64,000 bases of DNA. Source: Squalus acanthias. Its lineage: Eukaryota. The notes beneath the pieces were generated by a model that saw nothing but the letters and a program-made list of their open reading frames with translations, had not been told where the DNA came from and searched no databases. Location: the NCBI GenBank assembly GCA_030390025.1, contig CM059432.1:102798001-102862000 (forward strand), written 5' to 3'. A program made the position numbers and the translations under genes. This document shows, in pieces, positions 37,003-50,467 of this stretch (within the stretch, counting starts at the first letter, position 1; every line of letters begins with the position of its first letter).

Positions 37003-38163
37003 CTGACTGACTCCCAGGCAGTCTATGAACACATTCAATGCAGCAACATCAGAGGCAATGTTCAGACCTACTACTACTACCTTCATCACATCACCGTTGT
37101 AATAGTGGACTTGTAGCCGATAGTCAGCTATCCACTTGTGCTTCCGCCAGGTTTCACTGGAGTGTTTCACACCAGGCGTGCTTCACGTCAGAAGAGGGTT
37201 AAACTAGCTACAGCGTTTCAAAATAGCATTACAGAGCCAATTTAGAGCTTGTTAAGGGCTTTAATGGCCCCTCCCGCCTCTTGGAGGCGGGACGGAATCA
37301 GGAACCCCGCGACTGATTAAGTCAAAATTGCGTGGAGGCGGGATGGAGTCGGGATAGGGTCGGAAACCCCGACACCGCAAATTTAACCCCCCACACGCCT
37401 CCAAACCCGACTCCATGGGTCATTCAAAATCCAGCCCTGAGTGTTCACGCGGGGGTAAGGCTTCCCCGCGATATCTCACTCCATGCCTACCTTTTTCCTC
37501 CGGGCCCACACGAACTTTAGTTTCAAGGCTGCAGCTGTGCAGTGCTTGCGTGACCCAGAGACGCAATTAGTTCGTGCGAGCTCTGGGATCACGTGATTCA
37601 GTTAGAGCCAATGGCAGCACACCATCTTTCATTCATAGTTTTCACAGCAAGAGCTGTCAAAGCTATGAATACTATACCCCCACAAAGGAACAGCTAAACC
37701 TCAATTAAATTTAAAAAAAAGCCATCACATTAATAAAATAAGTATAGTTAAATAAATTAACCACTTTAAACAAAAAATAAAATTTTTGAAAAAATTTTAA
37801 ATCTTTTTAAAAGTTATAAAAATAAACTTACCTTTCTTTAAAGTCTCTAAAAAAGATAAACCTGTTGAAAAAAATTTAAAATAATACTTAATTAACTACT
37901 TACCTTGTTAAAAGAGGGTCTTACGCCTCCTTTCTTTATGTGTAAAATCTTCCATGCTTACCTGCGCGTTCAAAGCACTAAGTGCACTGCGTGCGCACAG
38001 CCTGTAGCACGCACGCGGTTCACTTAGGAACTGCCCCCTTTTGAATTCACGAAGTGCCGGTTTCCCGCGCATGCGCAGTGCATGCTGGAAACCGGCAATT
38101 GGAGACCTAAAACGCGAGAGTACACAGTGCGTACTCTCGCGTATTAGGTCTAATTTTCGGGCC
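36658..38163. mobile_element. hairpin-rich Harbinger-type MITE (same family as 55112-55854) with a nested MITE
   Basis: TIRs GGCCCAGAAATT / AATTTTCGGGCC, flanks ATT/AAT; CR1 endonuclease is continuous across it. Confidence 0.9.
36679..37437. mobile_element. Harbinger-type MITE (inverted copy of 17427-18180)
   Basis: Perfect TIR GGGCTGGATTTT; TSD TGA (36676-36678 / 37438-37440). Confidence 0.95.
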
Positions 38164-38997
38164 AATGTAATGTTGGAAAGGGAGAATGTTCTTGAGGGGA
38201 CAAGGACAGAATCCATTTGGTTAGAGTTGAGGAGCAAAAAGGGTATGATCACGCTATTGGGGGTATTCTATAGGCCTCCAAATAGTGAGAGGGAGGTAGA
38301 GAAGCAAATCTGCAGGGAAATTGCAGAGACATGCAAAAGCTATAGAGTGGTGATAATGGGGGACTTTAATTACCCAAATATCGATTGGGATAATGCTAGG
38401 GTAAAGGGAAAGGAGGGGGAGGAATTTCTGAAATGTGTTCAGGAGAATTTCCTTGACAATTATGTGCTTGGCTCAACTAGGAAGGAGGCATTGCTGGATC
38501 TGGTGCTGGGGAATGATGTGGGCCAGGTCGACCAAGTCTGTGGGAGAACACTTGGGTACGAGTGGTCATCGTATCATAAGAGTTAGATTAGCAATGCAGA
38601 GGAGCAAGGAACAATCTAGAGTGGAACTTCTAAACTGGAATAAGGCTAACTTCAATGGGATGCAAAAGGATCTAGCCAGGGTAAAATGGAACCAAAGACA
38701 GACAGGAAAAACTGTAACGGAACAATGGGTGATCTTTAAGGAGGAGATGTTCCAAGTACAGGCTAGGTACATTCCAACAAGAGGGAAGGGTAAGGGAACT
38801 AAAGCAAGGGCTCTTGGATGACGAGGGAGATAGAGAAGATGATGAAACAAAAAAAGAGGGTGTGTGATGCATGTCAGGTGAATTCTTCAAGGGAGAACCA
38901 GACCAAATACAATAGGTTGAGAGGGGATGTGAAGATGAAAATAAGATTGGCAAATAGAGAATATGAGAGTAAAATGGCGGTTAACATAAAAGGGAAC

Positions 38998-40628
38998 AGT
39001 AAGGGGTGACCTGGTGGCTCTGTGCTTAGCCTGGGTGCTAGTGCGGGGTTAGGCCTTGTTGCCTGTTCTGGTCTCCAGCCAGCCTGATAACACTAGACAC
39101 CTGTGAGTGGTTTGACCCACTCGCCCTTACGGTTCTGACACTGGACTTAGGTGCGAGAGCAATAATGCAGAGAAGACTCAGGTAGACCCGGTTGAATAGT
39201 GCGAAATGGAAAATCTTTATTGCATATTATTCAAGATTACGAGATACATGTCATAAGCACAGATTAACGACAGTACAATCTTACACACAGTTATGAAACT
39301 AATTTTAGGGAAACGAGGAGCGCACGACACATCGTAAAAGGGGACACACATTATAATTATCCTTAAAACTTAAACCCTCCCCTATCAATACCTGTCCTAA
39401 TCTAGATTTGTAGGATCGAGACTCATGCTCACCACTCGTGATAACTCGGAGAATTCCGAAACTCTGCTCGGATGTTTTTACCGCGGCACCTGACTATCCA
39501 CGTGTTGATCAGGGGTCTCTGTACCCCACTTGTTTACTCGCTTCTGCTCCGGCTAGCAGGCTGGACCGTCTGCTGCCATGAAGATCTGTGTTGGTCTTCG
39601 GAGTTCGGACACCACTCGAAAAAGAGTCTTCCTGTGCCCTACACCAGTTGCCTGTAGAACTCGAAGAATAGTCTTCCTGGGCCAGTTGTGGAGTAGCCGA
39701 TAAAATTCAAAGAAGTGTTTAATCGACTTACAGGCGCGGTCGGGGCTTACTGACCATGGCGATACGTATTGTCGTCTTCTTCTCTTCTCATCTCATCTCA
39801 TCTCCTCTCGGGCCTTCGGTTCCAACACCGTTTACCGACTTCTCGGGATGGTGCGCCCGCTTCCAGGCCTCACAGCCCAGTTCTCCACAGATCTTCGCGG
39901 CAAGCCACGAGGTTGATCCTAGCGGATCAGAGTCCAGAGCCGTCAGGCAAGAGAATAAAAGTTCAGCAGCCTTCCAGCGAGTCAAAGCAGCAAGAGAAAG
40001 ATGGACGGTTGTACTTTACAGTTATAGTGCTGTAATTCCTCTTTTCCCGCCCAATCTTAATCTCTATCTTTTGTCAGGTTTTTGGCGCTCAAACTTCTTG
40101 TATGGGGTGATCTCAGTCTTTAATGGGTTTCGGTGACACTTGTAACTGTCTGAGTACCCGTTAATATTTCTCCCATTGTGGAACCGGCTAATAATCTCCC
40201 TGGAGGGGTTTTGGGGCTTCCAAATGCTTGCTGTGAGTACCCGCAAACAGCTCTCTCATCGTAGAGTCGTGGGGATTTTGCATATTAATGTCTTTGGATG
40301 GGTTCTTGATCGCTCAGTACAATAGCCCTTGTTTGCACCTGGGAGACCGATTTCAGTATTTATGTTTAAAATGCAAACCCATCATGTCTTGTCATCATCT
40401 CAAATGTGCTGAGTCCTGTTCGATCTTGTTGAAATGTTTATTGAAGCGCCATCTTGTCTGCCTATTGAAAGTCTAGAACTTTCTGCCACGAGGCGTGGTG
40501 GCCATTTTACAGGCTGTTTGTGTCCGTTTTGAAACCTGACAGCATTCTGCTGAAATAAAGCTGTTTATACGAAACTTTATGTCTCCTTCTTATTTTTATA
40601 AAATCGCGATAATTTTGCGAATTCTACA
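38998..40628 (-). mobile_element. long solo LTR (~1.63 kb)
   Basis: (A/T)GTAAGG...TTCTACA termini; TSD GAAC (38994-38997 / 40629-40632); minus-strand AATAAA at 39216-39221. Confidence 0.85.
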
Positions 40629-40661
40629 GAACCCAAAAATATTCTACCGGCATTTAAACAG

Positions 40662-41848
40662 TGTAAGGGGTTTCGGTTCGGGGTGCTTGTGCGGGGTTAG
40701 GCCTTCGTTGCCTAATACTATTGCTTGCTCTGGTCTCCGGCCAGCCTTGTTGCAATAAGCACCTGTGAGTGGTTCGACCCACTCGCCCTTACGGTTCTAA
40801 CACTGGACTTAGGTGCGAGAGCAGTAATGCAGAGAAAACTCAAATAGACCCGGTTGAATAGTACGAAATGGAAATCTTTATTGCATAATGTCCAAAATCA
40901 TGAAGTACATGTCATAGGCACAAATTAATGACAGTACAAGTATACATACATTCATAAAACTTGGTCTAGGGTAATGAGGAATGCACGGCACATCTTAAAA
41001 AGGGGAACACATTATATTTATCCTTAATAAAACTACCCTCCCCTATCAATACCTACACTAATCTAGATTTGTAGGATCGAGGAAACATGCTCACCACTCG
41101 TGATACTTCGGAGAATTTTAAAGTAAGGCACTCGGCTTGTTTCGCTGCAACACCTGACTGTCACGTGTTGGAAAGGGTCTCTGTACCCCACTTGTTTATC
41201 TTCTCTGCTCCGGCTAGTAGGCTGGGCTCCCCGTTGTCATGAAGAACTCGACAGTGCTCGGGCCCAACTGTAGAACTCAAAGAAAAGTCTTTCTGGACCG
41301 ACACCAGTTGTCGATAGAATTCGAAGAAAAGTCTTTGACCAGTTCATGCAGTAACCTGTCGAGTTCAAAAATGGTCTATATATTTTCGGGCGTGGTCGGG
41401 GTTTACTGACCGCGGCGGCACGTGGATTCTTCTTCTTCTCTTCTCATCTCGTCTCGTCTCATCTCTTCGGGCCTTCGGGTCCAGAACACCGTTTACCGAC
41501 CCTCGGGATGGTGCACCCGGTCAAACGAATCAGCCCCGGGAGGATCAGAGGAATAAGAGAGTTCAGCAGCCAGCAGCAAGATAAGAGTCAAGAGCCAAGA
41601 GACCGATGGACATTTGTTCACTATAGTTATAGTGCTGTGTTCCCTTATCTCCCGCCCAAATCTTAATGTTCATCCTTTGTAAAATCTTGGCGCTCAAAAT
41701 TCCCAGTATGGGGTGATTCTTGTTTGTAATGGGTTTCGGTAGCACCTTGAACTGGCCAACTACCCGTTAATGCTTTCCCCATTGTCGAACCGGCTAGGAG
41801 TCTCCCTGACTGGTTTTGGGGCCTTCTCGAATACTGACTTAATCACCC
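40662..41848 (-). mobile_element. second copy of the long-LTR family, truncated
   Basis: Starts TGTAAGGGG and is collinear with 38998-40240. The other end was lost together with part of the CR1. Confidence 0.8.
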
Positions 41849-44070
41849 GTGGGAGGAGATAGCGGATGGGCGTGCCATAATTTTCTAATCTTCCCTAGAT
41901 GCGGAGGAGGTGCCTGAGGATTGGAAAGTGGCAAATGTGACACCATTGTTCAAGAAAGGGTGTCAGGACAAGCCTAGAAACTACAGGCCGGTCAGTTTAA
42001 CATCAGTGGTGGGCAAAGTTTTAGAAACAATAATCAAGGAAAAAATTAACGGGCATTTGGAGAGGTTTAAGCTAATTAAGGAGAGCCAACACAAGTTTGT
42101 AAAAGGAAGATCGTGTTTGACTAATATTGAATTTTTTGATGAAGTAACAGAGAGGATTGATGAAGGGAATGCAATGGATGTTGTCTACATGGATATTCAG
42201 AAGGCATTTGACAAAGTACCACATAAAAGGCTGGTGAACAAAATTGAGGCTCATGGAATAGGTGGGTCAGTGGCAGCTTGAATAAGGAATTGGCTTAAGG
42301 ACAGAAAACAGCGAGTTGTGGTAAATGGCTGTTTTTCAGACTGGAGGATGGTAGACAGTGGTGTTCCCCAAGGGGCCACTGCTTTTTTTGATATATATAA
42401 ATTACCTGGATATTGGAATACAAAGTAGAATTTCTAAATTTGCCGATGACACCAAACTTGGGGGTGTGGCAAACAGTGAGGATGATACCAATCGACTGCA
42501 ACAGGACCTAGAAAGGCTAGCAGAATGGGCAGACAAATGGCAGATGGAATTTAATACAGAGAAGTGTGAGGTGATGCATTTTGGCAGAAGGAACAGGGAG
42601 AGGCAATATACACTTAATGGCAGTTTTAATGAGTGTGCAGGGACAGAGGGACCTGGGAGTTAATGTGCATAGGTCCCTGAAGGTGGCGGGACACATTGAG
42701 AGAGTGGTTAACAAAGCATATGGGATCTTGGGCTTCATAAATAAAGGTATTGCAGTACAAAAGTAGTGAAGTTATGCTGAACCTTTATAAAGCACTGGTT
42801 AGGCCACAACTGGAGTATTGCGTCCAGTTCTGGTCACCACACTTTAGGAAGGGTGTGATTGAGAGGGTGCAGAGGAAATTTACCAGAATGGTTCCGGGGA
42901 TGGGGGATCTTAGCTACAAGGACAGGTTGGAGAAACTAGATTTGTTTTCATTCGAACAAAGGAGGTTGAGGGGTGATTTGATGCAGGTGTACAAGATTAT
43001 GACGGGTTTGGATAGGCTAGACGGGGAAAGGCTGTTCCCACTAGTTGATGGTACAAGGACTAGGGGACACAGATTTACCATTTTGAGCAAGAGATACAGG
43101 GGGGGATGTGAGGAAAAACTTTTTTACGCAGCGAGTAGTGATGACCTGGAATTCGCTGCCGACGGAAGTGGTGTAAGCGGAGACACTCAATGTTTTCAAG
43201 GGGAGACTGGATAGGCACGTGAGGGAAATAAACTTGCAGGGCTACGGGGATAGAGCGGGGGAATAGGACTGACTGGATTGCTCTACAGAGAGCCGGCACG
43301 GACTCGATGGGCCGAATGGCCTCCTTCTGTGCCATTATGACTCTATGACTCTATGACTAGTGTAAATGTTAAAGGGGTTGATTTTCCAAACCTTTGCCCC
43401 AAGGCACAAACATCAGGAAAAAGAAGGTAGGGACCCATAATGTCAAGTCTCTGCCCCTTTTACATTACCCTAAATGTTCTCCGTTTCTATGCAGGTGACA
43501 GAGCTGGTCCTGCATCTTCAGAAGGTGCAGACCCAGTGCTGGTATGCAAATAAGGTGGGAGAGGCTTCAATGGTCTTCACTCTTCTTCCTGGACTTGTGT
43601 CCCTGGAGCGCCCAGATGCAGGGATAGAAACGTAGAAGCATAGAAACATAGAAAAATAGGAGCAGGAGTAGGCCATTCGGCCCTTCGAGCCTGCTCCGCC
43701 ATTCAATATGATCATGGCTGATCCTCTATCTCAATACCATGTTCCTGCTCTCTCCCCATATCCCTTGATGCCTTTTGTGTCTAGAAATCTATCTATCTCC
43801 TTCTTAAATATATTCAGTGAATTGGGGGGAAAAATTCAGTTGGATTGCGCCTCCCATTAGCGCATTAAGAGGGCACTAATGAGGTGCAATGCAACTAGCG
43901 CCCGTGCGCGGCGATCTTTGCGCCGCTCACGAAATTAACTTGACATTTTGCGGCGGCGCTAAACACTACTGCCATGATCTCCTGCGCCGGCCGATCGTGA
44001 CGTCAGTCGAGAGTGCAACGCCCCGGTAGCGCCCCGGACCGGATATTGAGTGGCGCCCCCTGTCTTATCG

Positions 44071-46879
44071 ATGGTTTGTGTCAGCTTCACCTCTGACTTC
44101 TGAGCGGTTCGATTCGCTCACAGCCCCTTGGTTCTAGACCTTGGACTTATTTAGGGGTTGTGATAAAAAGTGCAGCAGACAACTGGGTTTGATGCAAGAA
44201 CTTTGATCTTTATTAAGAAAGTAAAACACAACACAAACACTCTTAACACTCTAAAAGTGGGGAACACTTCGGTACAATCGAGGGAAATAACATTAAAAGA
44301 ATACTTCACCCCTCCCAATCCCACTTTACAAGCTAGGTTGGACTCCAGAGGACCAGGGATGATACTCACCAGAATCCTTGACAGTTAGGTTAGTTCGCGG
44401 TTTTGGGGTTCACTCTATATGTCAGTTGGTGTCTGCCATACCCCGTACGCGGTAGAGGACTTCAACTGCGTATCTGGTCAGTCTTCGCGAGTCCGCTGAT
44501 GCAGTAGGGTGCGTATTGGATTTATCAGGTGAGTATGTGGATGTGGTGTATTTGGACTTTCAGAAGGCTTTCGGTAAGGTCCCACATAAGAGATTAGCGT
44601 GTAAAGTTAAGGCACATGGGATTGGGGGAAAGGTACTGACTGGGATAGAGAACTGGTTGGCAGACAGGAAGCAAAGAGTTGGAATAAAGGGTCTTTTTCC
44701 GAGTGGCAGGCAGTGACTAGTGGGGTTCCGCAGGGATCGGTCCTAGGACCCCAGCTATTCACTATATATATTAATGATCTAGACGAGGGAACTAAATGTA
44801 ATATCTCCAAGTTTGCAGATGGCACAAAGCTAGGTGGGCGTGTGTGCTGCGAGGAGGATGCTGAGAAACTCCAGTATGATTTGGACAGGTTGGGTGATTG
44901 GGCAGAAGCATGACAGATGCAGTATAATGTGGATAAATGCGAGGTTATCCACTTTGGTGGCAAAAACAGAAAGGCAGATTATTATCTGAACGGCAATAGA
45001 TTGGGAGAAGGGGAAGTGCAATGAGACCTGGGTGTCCTTGTGCACCAGTCGCTGAAGGTAAGCATGCAGGTACAGCAGGCGGTTAAGAAGGCAAATGGTA
45101 TGTTGGCCTTCATAGCGAGAGGGTTTGAGTACAGGAACAAGGATGTCTTGCTGCAGCTGTACAGGGCCTTGGTGAGACCACACCTTGAGTATTGTGTGCA
45201 GTTTTAGTCACCTTATCTGAGGAAGGATGTTCTTGCCATGGAGGGTGTGCAGCGAAGATTTACCAGACTGATACCTGGGATGGCAGGAATGACATACGAG
45301 GAGAGATTGGATCGATTGGGCTTATACTCGCTGGAGTTTAGAAGAATGAGAGGAGATCTCATTGAAACTTATAAAATTCTAACAAGGCTAGACAGACTGG
45401 ATGTAGGAAGGATGTTCCCGATGGCGGGTGAGTCCAGAACAAGAGGTCACAGTCTAAAGATAAGGGGTAAGCCATTTAGGACTGAGATGAGGAGGAATTT
45501 CTTCACCCAGAGAGTGGTGAACCTGTGGAATTCTCTACCACAGAAGGCAGTTGAGGCCAAGTCAGTAAATATATTCAAGAAGGAGTTAGATATATTTCTT
45601 AAGGCTAAAGGTATCAAGGGATATGGGGAGAAGGCAGGGACAGGATACTGAGTTTGGATGATCAGCCATGATCTCATCGAATGGTGGAGCAGGCTCGAGG
45701 GGCCGAATGGCCTACTCCTGCTCCTATCTTCTATGTTTCTATGTTACCCACTTTCTTTAGTTTAGAAGTAGGGTTTAGAGTTTTTTAAGGGAAAATCTTA
45801 CCCAGGGGTAAGTCAGGAGTAGATTGCAGAGTGGAAACTTTGCGATTCTTCGGTTTTTCTTCGAGTTGGTTTTCTTTGGTCGCGGTGGCCCGAATACTGG
45901 TACTTGGTGTTTGTTTGGTTATTTTTTGAGGGCCTTGTTGCCGCGAGGTGTCCGGTGGTCACTGAGGCGGTCATTCTGGGTTCTTCTCGTGTCAGCCTAC
46001 TTTGTTGGATGGTCTGGCCTTCGAGCTGTCGACCTCCTAGCTGGACACAGAACGCTGAACAGTGTTGGTTTTAGAACTGTGTTGCGGAGAATGCCTCCGT
46101 TGATGTCTTCTTGTTCTTCCATCCTCCTCTTCTTTTTCAGGTTGAGAACGGGCCTTCAATTATATCCATTGAAGGTTCCTTATCTGCGCGCCAAATCAGG
46201 TCCTGGTCTTTGTTAGTTTTGGCGGGCTCGTTAACGGTAACGATTTTAGTAATGTGTTAACTGGTTTAAAACAGGCCTTCAATCTCACCCATTGAGCATG
46301 GCCTTATCTGCACGTCAAATTTTGTCCTGCTCTTTGTGAGGTTTTGGCGGACTCGTTACCAGCAACTGTTCTGTAAGTGTCAAATGGCTTTCGGGATGGC
46401 TTGCATCCTGTCGATCTCTTCGGTTGATTACAGGTGATTGGTTTTGTGTTTGGTTTTCTTGGTTGGGCCTGTAATTTCTATAGGGTAAGCCGAAGTAATT
46501 TGTTTTATGCATGTCTTAATGGGCTCTGTAACTTGGGGTGGAGACTGGTTTTCCTTGGGTTTATTGTTAGGATGTTAATGTCTGATAGGGGCCGATTTAC
46601 ACTCCCAGCAAGATCATGCGGTTCCCAGACAGTTCCCATTAGCTCCAATACCCAAACTGGTTTTACACAGGTTGATCTCACCTTCCTTCACAGCCTTTTC
46701 TCCCTGACAAGCCCAGACATGTCTTTTAAAATCCCAAATCTTGGTTTTTGCTCGAAAGGTCCTTCGGTTTAGGCCCAATGCACTTCACCACCCTGTAATA
46801 GCTAGGAAAGAGTCCAAAAGTCTTTTTCCTTAGGGTTTTCTTAGAGTTAGGGGGATCTGTGAATTTTGAGAATCTTACA
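44071..46879 (-). mobile_element. divergent long LTR interrupted by a CR1
   Basis: Ends AATCTTACA. Shares GGTTCTAGACCTTGGACTTA, TCTTTATT, CTCACC and TTTGGCG motifs with 38998-40628. Left edge uncertain. Confidence 0.7.
44536..45744 (+). mobile_element. 5'-truncated CR1
   Basis: [36 protein letters not shown]; (TTCTATGT)n tail. Confidence 0.93.
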
Positions 46880-49822
46880 CCGGCTACTGCTAGCAATGAC
46901 AGGTTGAGGGGAGCGTTTTGCAGTCAGGAAGGGACTGGGGGAGTGCTATTTAAAGGCGACCGCTTCCTGCCTTTTTTTGTCGGCGAAATTTTTGCACCAC
47001 GCATTCTGAGTGAGAGAGAGAGACTGCAGGAGATATTCAAATCTGTGTTGAGGAGTTTTGGGTACTGAGCAGCACTTTGCAGGTTCTGTCTGGTTTGATC
47101 TTCCTTGCATCGATTTAGAAGAGAATATGGGGGCTGCAGTCTGAGCTCTTTCCCTGGGTTCTCTCCATTGTTCTTTCCAACAGATTTGATGTACAGGTCT
47201 CTCCAGGCCGAGATTCAAGTCTGCAATGAGCAGGGTGTGGATGTAGAGCAAGAGCGACACTCTCCTTTAAGAACTGGCCGGCGCCAGTGTGTCTGATTTC
47301 CATTGCTGACTGACATCACATGAGCTTCGCCAGCGCTCTGAGGTAGCACCTCGCTCCTCGACCTTTGCGCCTTAAGACAGATGTGTAGCGCCTGATTTAG
47401 CGCTCCAATCACCTCCAGGGGCGATAAAAATCAAATTTGCAGTCGGAGGCGATAATTAGCGCCAGGCGCTAAACTTTGCGCACGGCCGATAATGGCGCCC
47501 CAAACGGAGCGATACTGAATTTTTCCCCCTTGGCCTCCACAGCCTTCTGTGGTAGAGAATTCCACAGGTTCACCACCCTCTGAGTGAAGAAATTTCTCCT
47601 CATCTCAGTCCTAACTGTCCTACCCCGTATCCTGAGATTGTGAGCCCTCATTCTATACCCCGCAGCCAGGGTAAACATCCTCCCTGCATCCAGTCTGTCT
47701 AGCCTTGTCAGAATTTTATACGTTTCAATGAGATCCCTTCTCATTCTTCTCAACTCTAGTGAATACAGGCCTAGTTGACCCAATCTGTCCTCATACGACA
47801 GTCCTGCCATCCCAGGAATCAGTCTGGTAAAACTTCGCTGCACTCCCTCTGTGGCAAGTATATCCTTTCTTAGGTAAGGAGACCAAAACTGCACACAGTA
47901 CTCCAGGTGTGGTCTCACCTAGGCCCTGTAGAACTGTAGTAAGACATCCTTGCTCCTGTACTCAAATCTTCTTGCAATGAAGGCCAACATACCATTTGTC
48001 ATCCTAACTGCTTGCTGCAGCTGTATGTTTGCTTTCAGTGACTGGTGTACAAGGACACCCAGGTCCCTCTGTACATCAACATTTCCCAATCTATCACCAT
48101 TTAAATAATACTCTACCTTTCTGTTTTTCCTACCGAAGTGGATAACTTCATATTTATCCACGTTATACTGCATCTGCCATGTATTTGCCCACTCACTCAA
48201 CTTGTCTAAATCATCTTGAAGCCTCTTTGCATCCTCCTCACAACTCACAATCCCACCTAGTTTTGTGTCATCAGCAAACTTGGAGATATTACATTTGGTT
48301 CCCTCATCCAAATCATTGATATATATTGTGAATAGCTGGGGCCCAAGCACTGATCCCTGCGGTACCCCACTAGTCACTGCCTGCCACCCCGAAAAAGACC
48401 CATTTATTCCTACTCTATGTTTCCTGTCTGTTAACCAATTTTCAATCCATGCCAGTATATTACCCCCAATCCCATGTGGTTTAATTTTGCACACTAACCT
48501 CTTATGTGGGGCTTTATCAAAGGCCTTCTGAAAATCCAAATACACCACATTAACTGGTTCTCCTTTATCTATTCTACCAGTTACATCCTCAAAAAACTCC
48601 AGTAGGTTTGTCAAACACGATTTCCCTTTCATAAATCCATGTTGACTTTGTCTAATCCCATTGATATTTTCTAAGTGTCCTGTTATCACATCCTTTATAA
48701 TAGACTCTAGCATTTTCCCTACTACTGATGTTAGGCTAACCAATCTGTAGTTCCCTGTTTTCTCTCTCCCTCCTTTTTTAAATAGTGGAGTTACATTTGC
48801 CACCCTCCAATCTGCAGGAACTGTTCCATAATCTAGCGAATTTTGGAAGATGACAACCAATGCATCCACTATTGCCATGGCTACCTCTTTTAGTACTCTG
48901 GGATGCAGATTATCAGGCCCTGGGAATTTATCGGCTTTCAGTCCCATTAATTTCTCCAGCACTATTTTTTTACTAATACTAATTTCCTTTAATTCCTGCT
49001 TCTCACTAGACCCTTGGTTCCTTAGCATTTCTGGGAAGTTATTTGTGTCCTCTTCCGTGAAGACAGAACCAAAGTATTTGTTTAATTGCTCTGCCATTTC
49101 CTTATTCCCCATTATAAATTCTCCCGTTTCTGACTGTAAGGGACCTACATTTGTCTTCACTACTCTTTTTCTTTTTACATACTTGTAGAAGCTTTTACAA
49201 TCCACTTTTATGTTCCTTGCAAGTTTACTCTCATACTCTATTTCTCCCCCTCTTAATCAATCTCTTGGTACTTTTTTGCTGAATTCTAAACTGCTCCCAA
49301 ACCTCAGGGTTGCTACTTTTTGTGGCAACTTTATATGACTCCTCTTTGGATCTAATACTATCCTTAATTTCTTTTGTTAGCCATGGTTGGGCCGCTTTTC
49401 CTTTTGTGTTTTTGCGCCAGAAAGGAATGTATAACTGTTGCAATTCATGCATTTGTTCCTTAAATGTTAGCCATTGCCTATCCACCGTCATGCCTTTTCA
49501 TGAAGCTCCCCAATCTATCATAGCCAACTCCCTCCTCATACCTTCATAGTTTCCTTTGTTTAGATTTAGGACCTTAGTTTCGGATTGGACTTCTTCACTT
49601 TCCATTTTAATGAAGAATTCCATCATGTTATGGTCACTCTTCCCTAAAGTACCCCACAAAACAAGATTATTAATTACCCCTTCTCATTGCACAATACCCA
49701 ATCTAGGATAGCTTGTTCCCTAGTTGGCTCCACAATGTACTGGTCTAACAAACCATCTCGTACACACTCCAGGAATTCATCCTCCACAGTATTATTGCTA
49801 ATTTGGTTTGGCCAGTCTATAT

Positions 49823-50467
49823 TCTTCTTCTTCTTAGGCAGTCCCTCGGAACCGAGGATGACTTGCTTCCACATTAAAAATGAGTTCTCAGGTGACTGAT
49901 GAGTCCAATGCAGGACCTACAGTCTCTTTCACAGGTGGGGCAGACGGTGGTTGAAGGGGCGGGTGGGTGGGGTGCTTGGATTAACGTGCGCTCCTTGCGC
50001 TGCTTGTGCTTGGCTTCCGCTTGCTCCCGGCGAAGAGACTCGAGGTGTTCGGCGCCTTCCCGGATGCTTCTCCTCCACTTTGTGCGGTCTTGGGCCAGGG
50101 ATTCCCAGGTGTCAGTGGGGATGTTGCACTTTTTCAAGGAGGCCTTGAGGGTGTCCTTGAAGCGTTTCCTCTGCCCACCTGGGCCTCTCTTGCCGTGCCG
50201 GAACTCCGAGTAGAGCGCTTGTTTTGGGAGTCTCGTATCGGGCATGCGGACGATGTGACCCATCCATCGGAGCTGATCGAGCGTGGTCAAAGCTTCGATG
50301 CTGGGGATGTTGGCCTGAGCGAGAACACTGACGTTGGTGCGCCTATCCTGCCAATGGATTTGCAGGATCTTGCGGAGGCAGCGTTGGTGGTACCTCTCCA
50401 GTGCTTTGAGGTGCCTGCTGTACATGGTCCATGTCTCTGAGGCATACAGCAGGGTGGGTATCACTAC
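49823..50467 (-). mobile_element. 5'-truncated RTE LINE
   Basis: (GAA)n tail, C-terminal zinc finger, 12-bp TSD GCCAGTCTATAT (49811-49822 / 50468-50479). Confidence 0.95.

Larger units (their letters stand above)
35030..43358 (+). mobile_element. near-full-length CR1 LINE (5' UTR, ORF1, ORF2) split by nested MITEs and LTRs
   Basis: ORF1 35350-36273; ORF2 endonuclease (CMYVNAQS, GVFYRPPNS, MGDFNYP) and RT (NYRPVSLTSVVGK, FADDTKL, LVRPQLEYCVQFWSP); (ATGACTCT)n tail at 43337-43358. Confidence 0.92.
43825..47529. mobile_element. non-autonomous Harbinger H6 with nested LTR and CR1
   Basis: Perfect 16-bp TIR GGGGGAAAAATTCAGT; TSD TTG (43822-43824 / 47530-47532); left arm homologous to H5 and H8. 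Confidence 0.92.

Noticed and set aside
38998..41848. The two long LTRs as 5' and 3' LTRs of one provirus
   Set aside because: The first has its own GAAC TSD, the spacer is CR1 sequence with no PBS or PPT, and the copies are clearly diverged.
47919..49205. Active CR1 ORF2
   Set aside because: Stop at ~47919, upstream frameshifts, RTE and Harbinger insertions, and 5' truncation.
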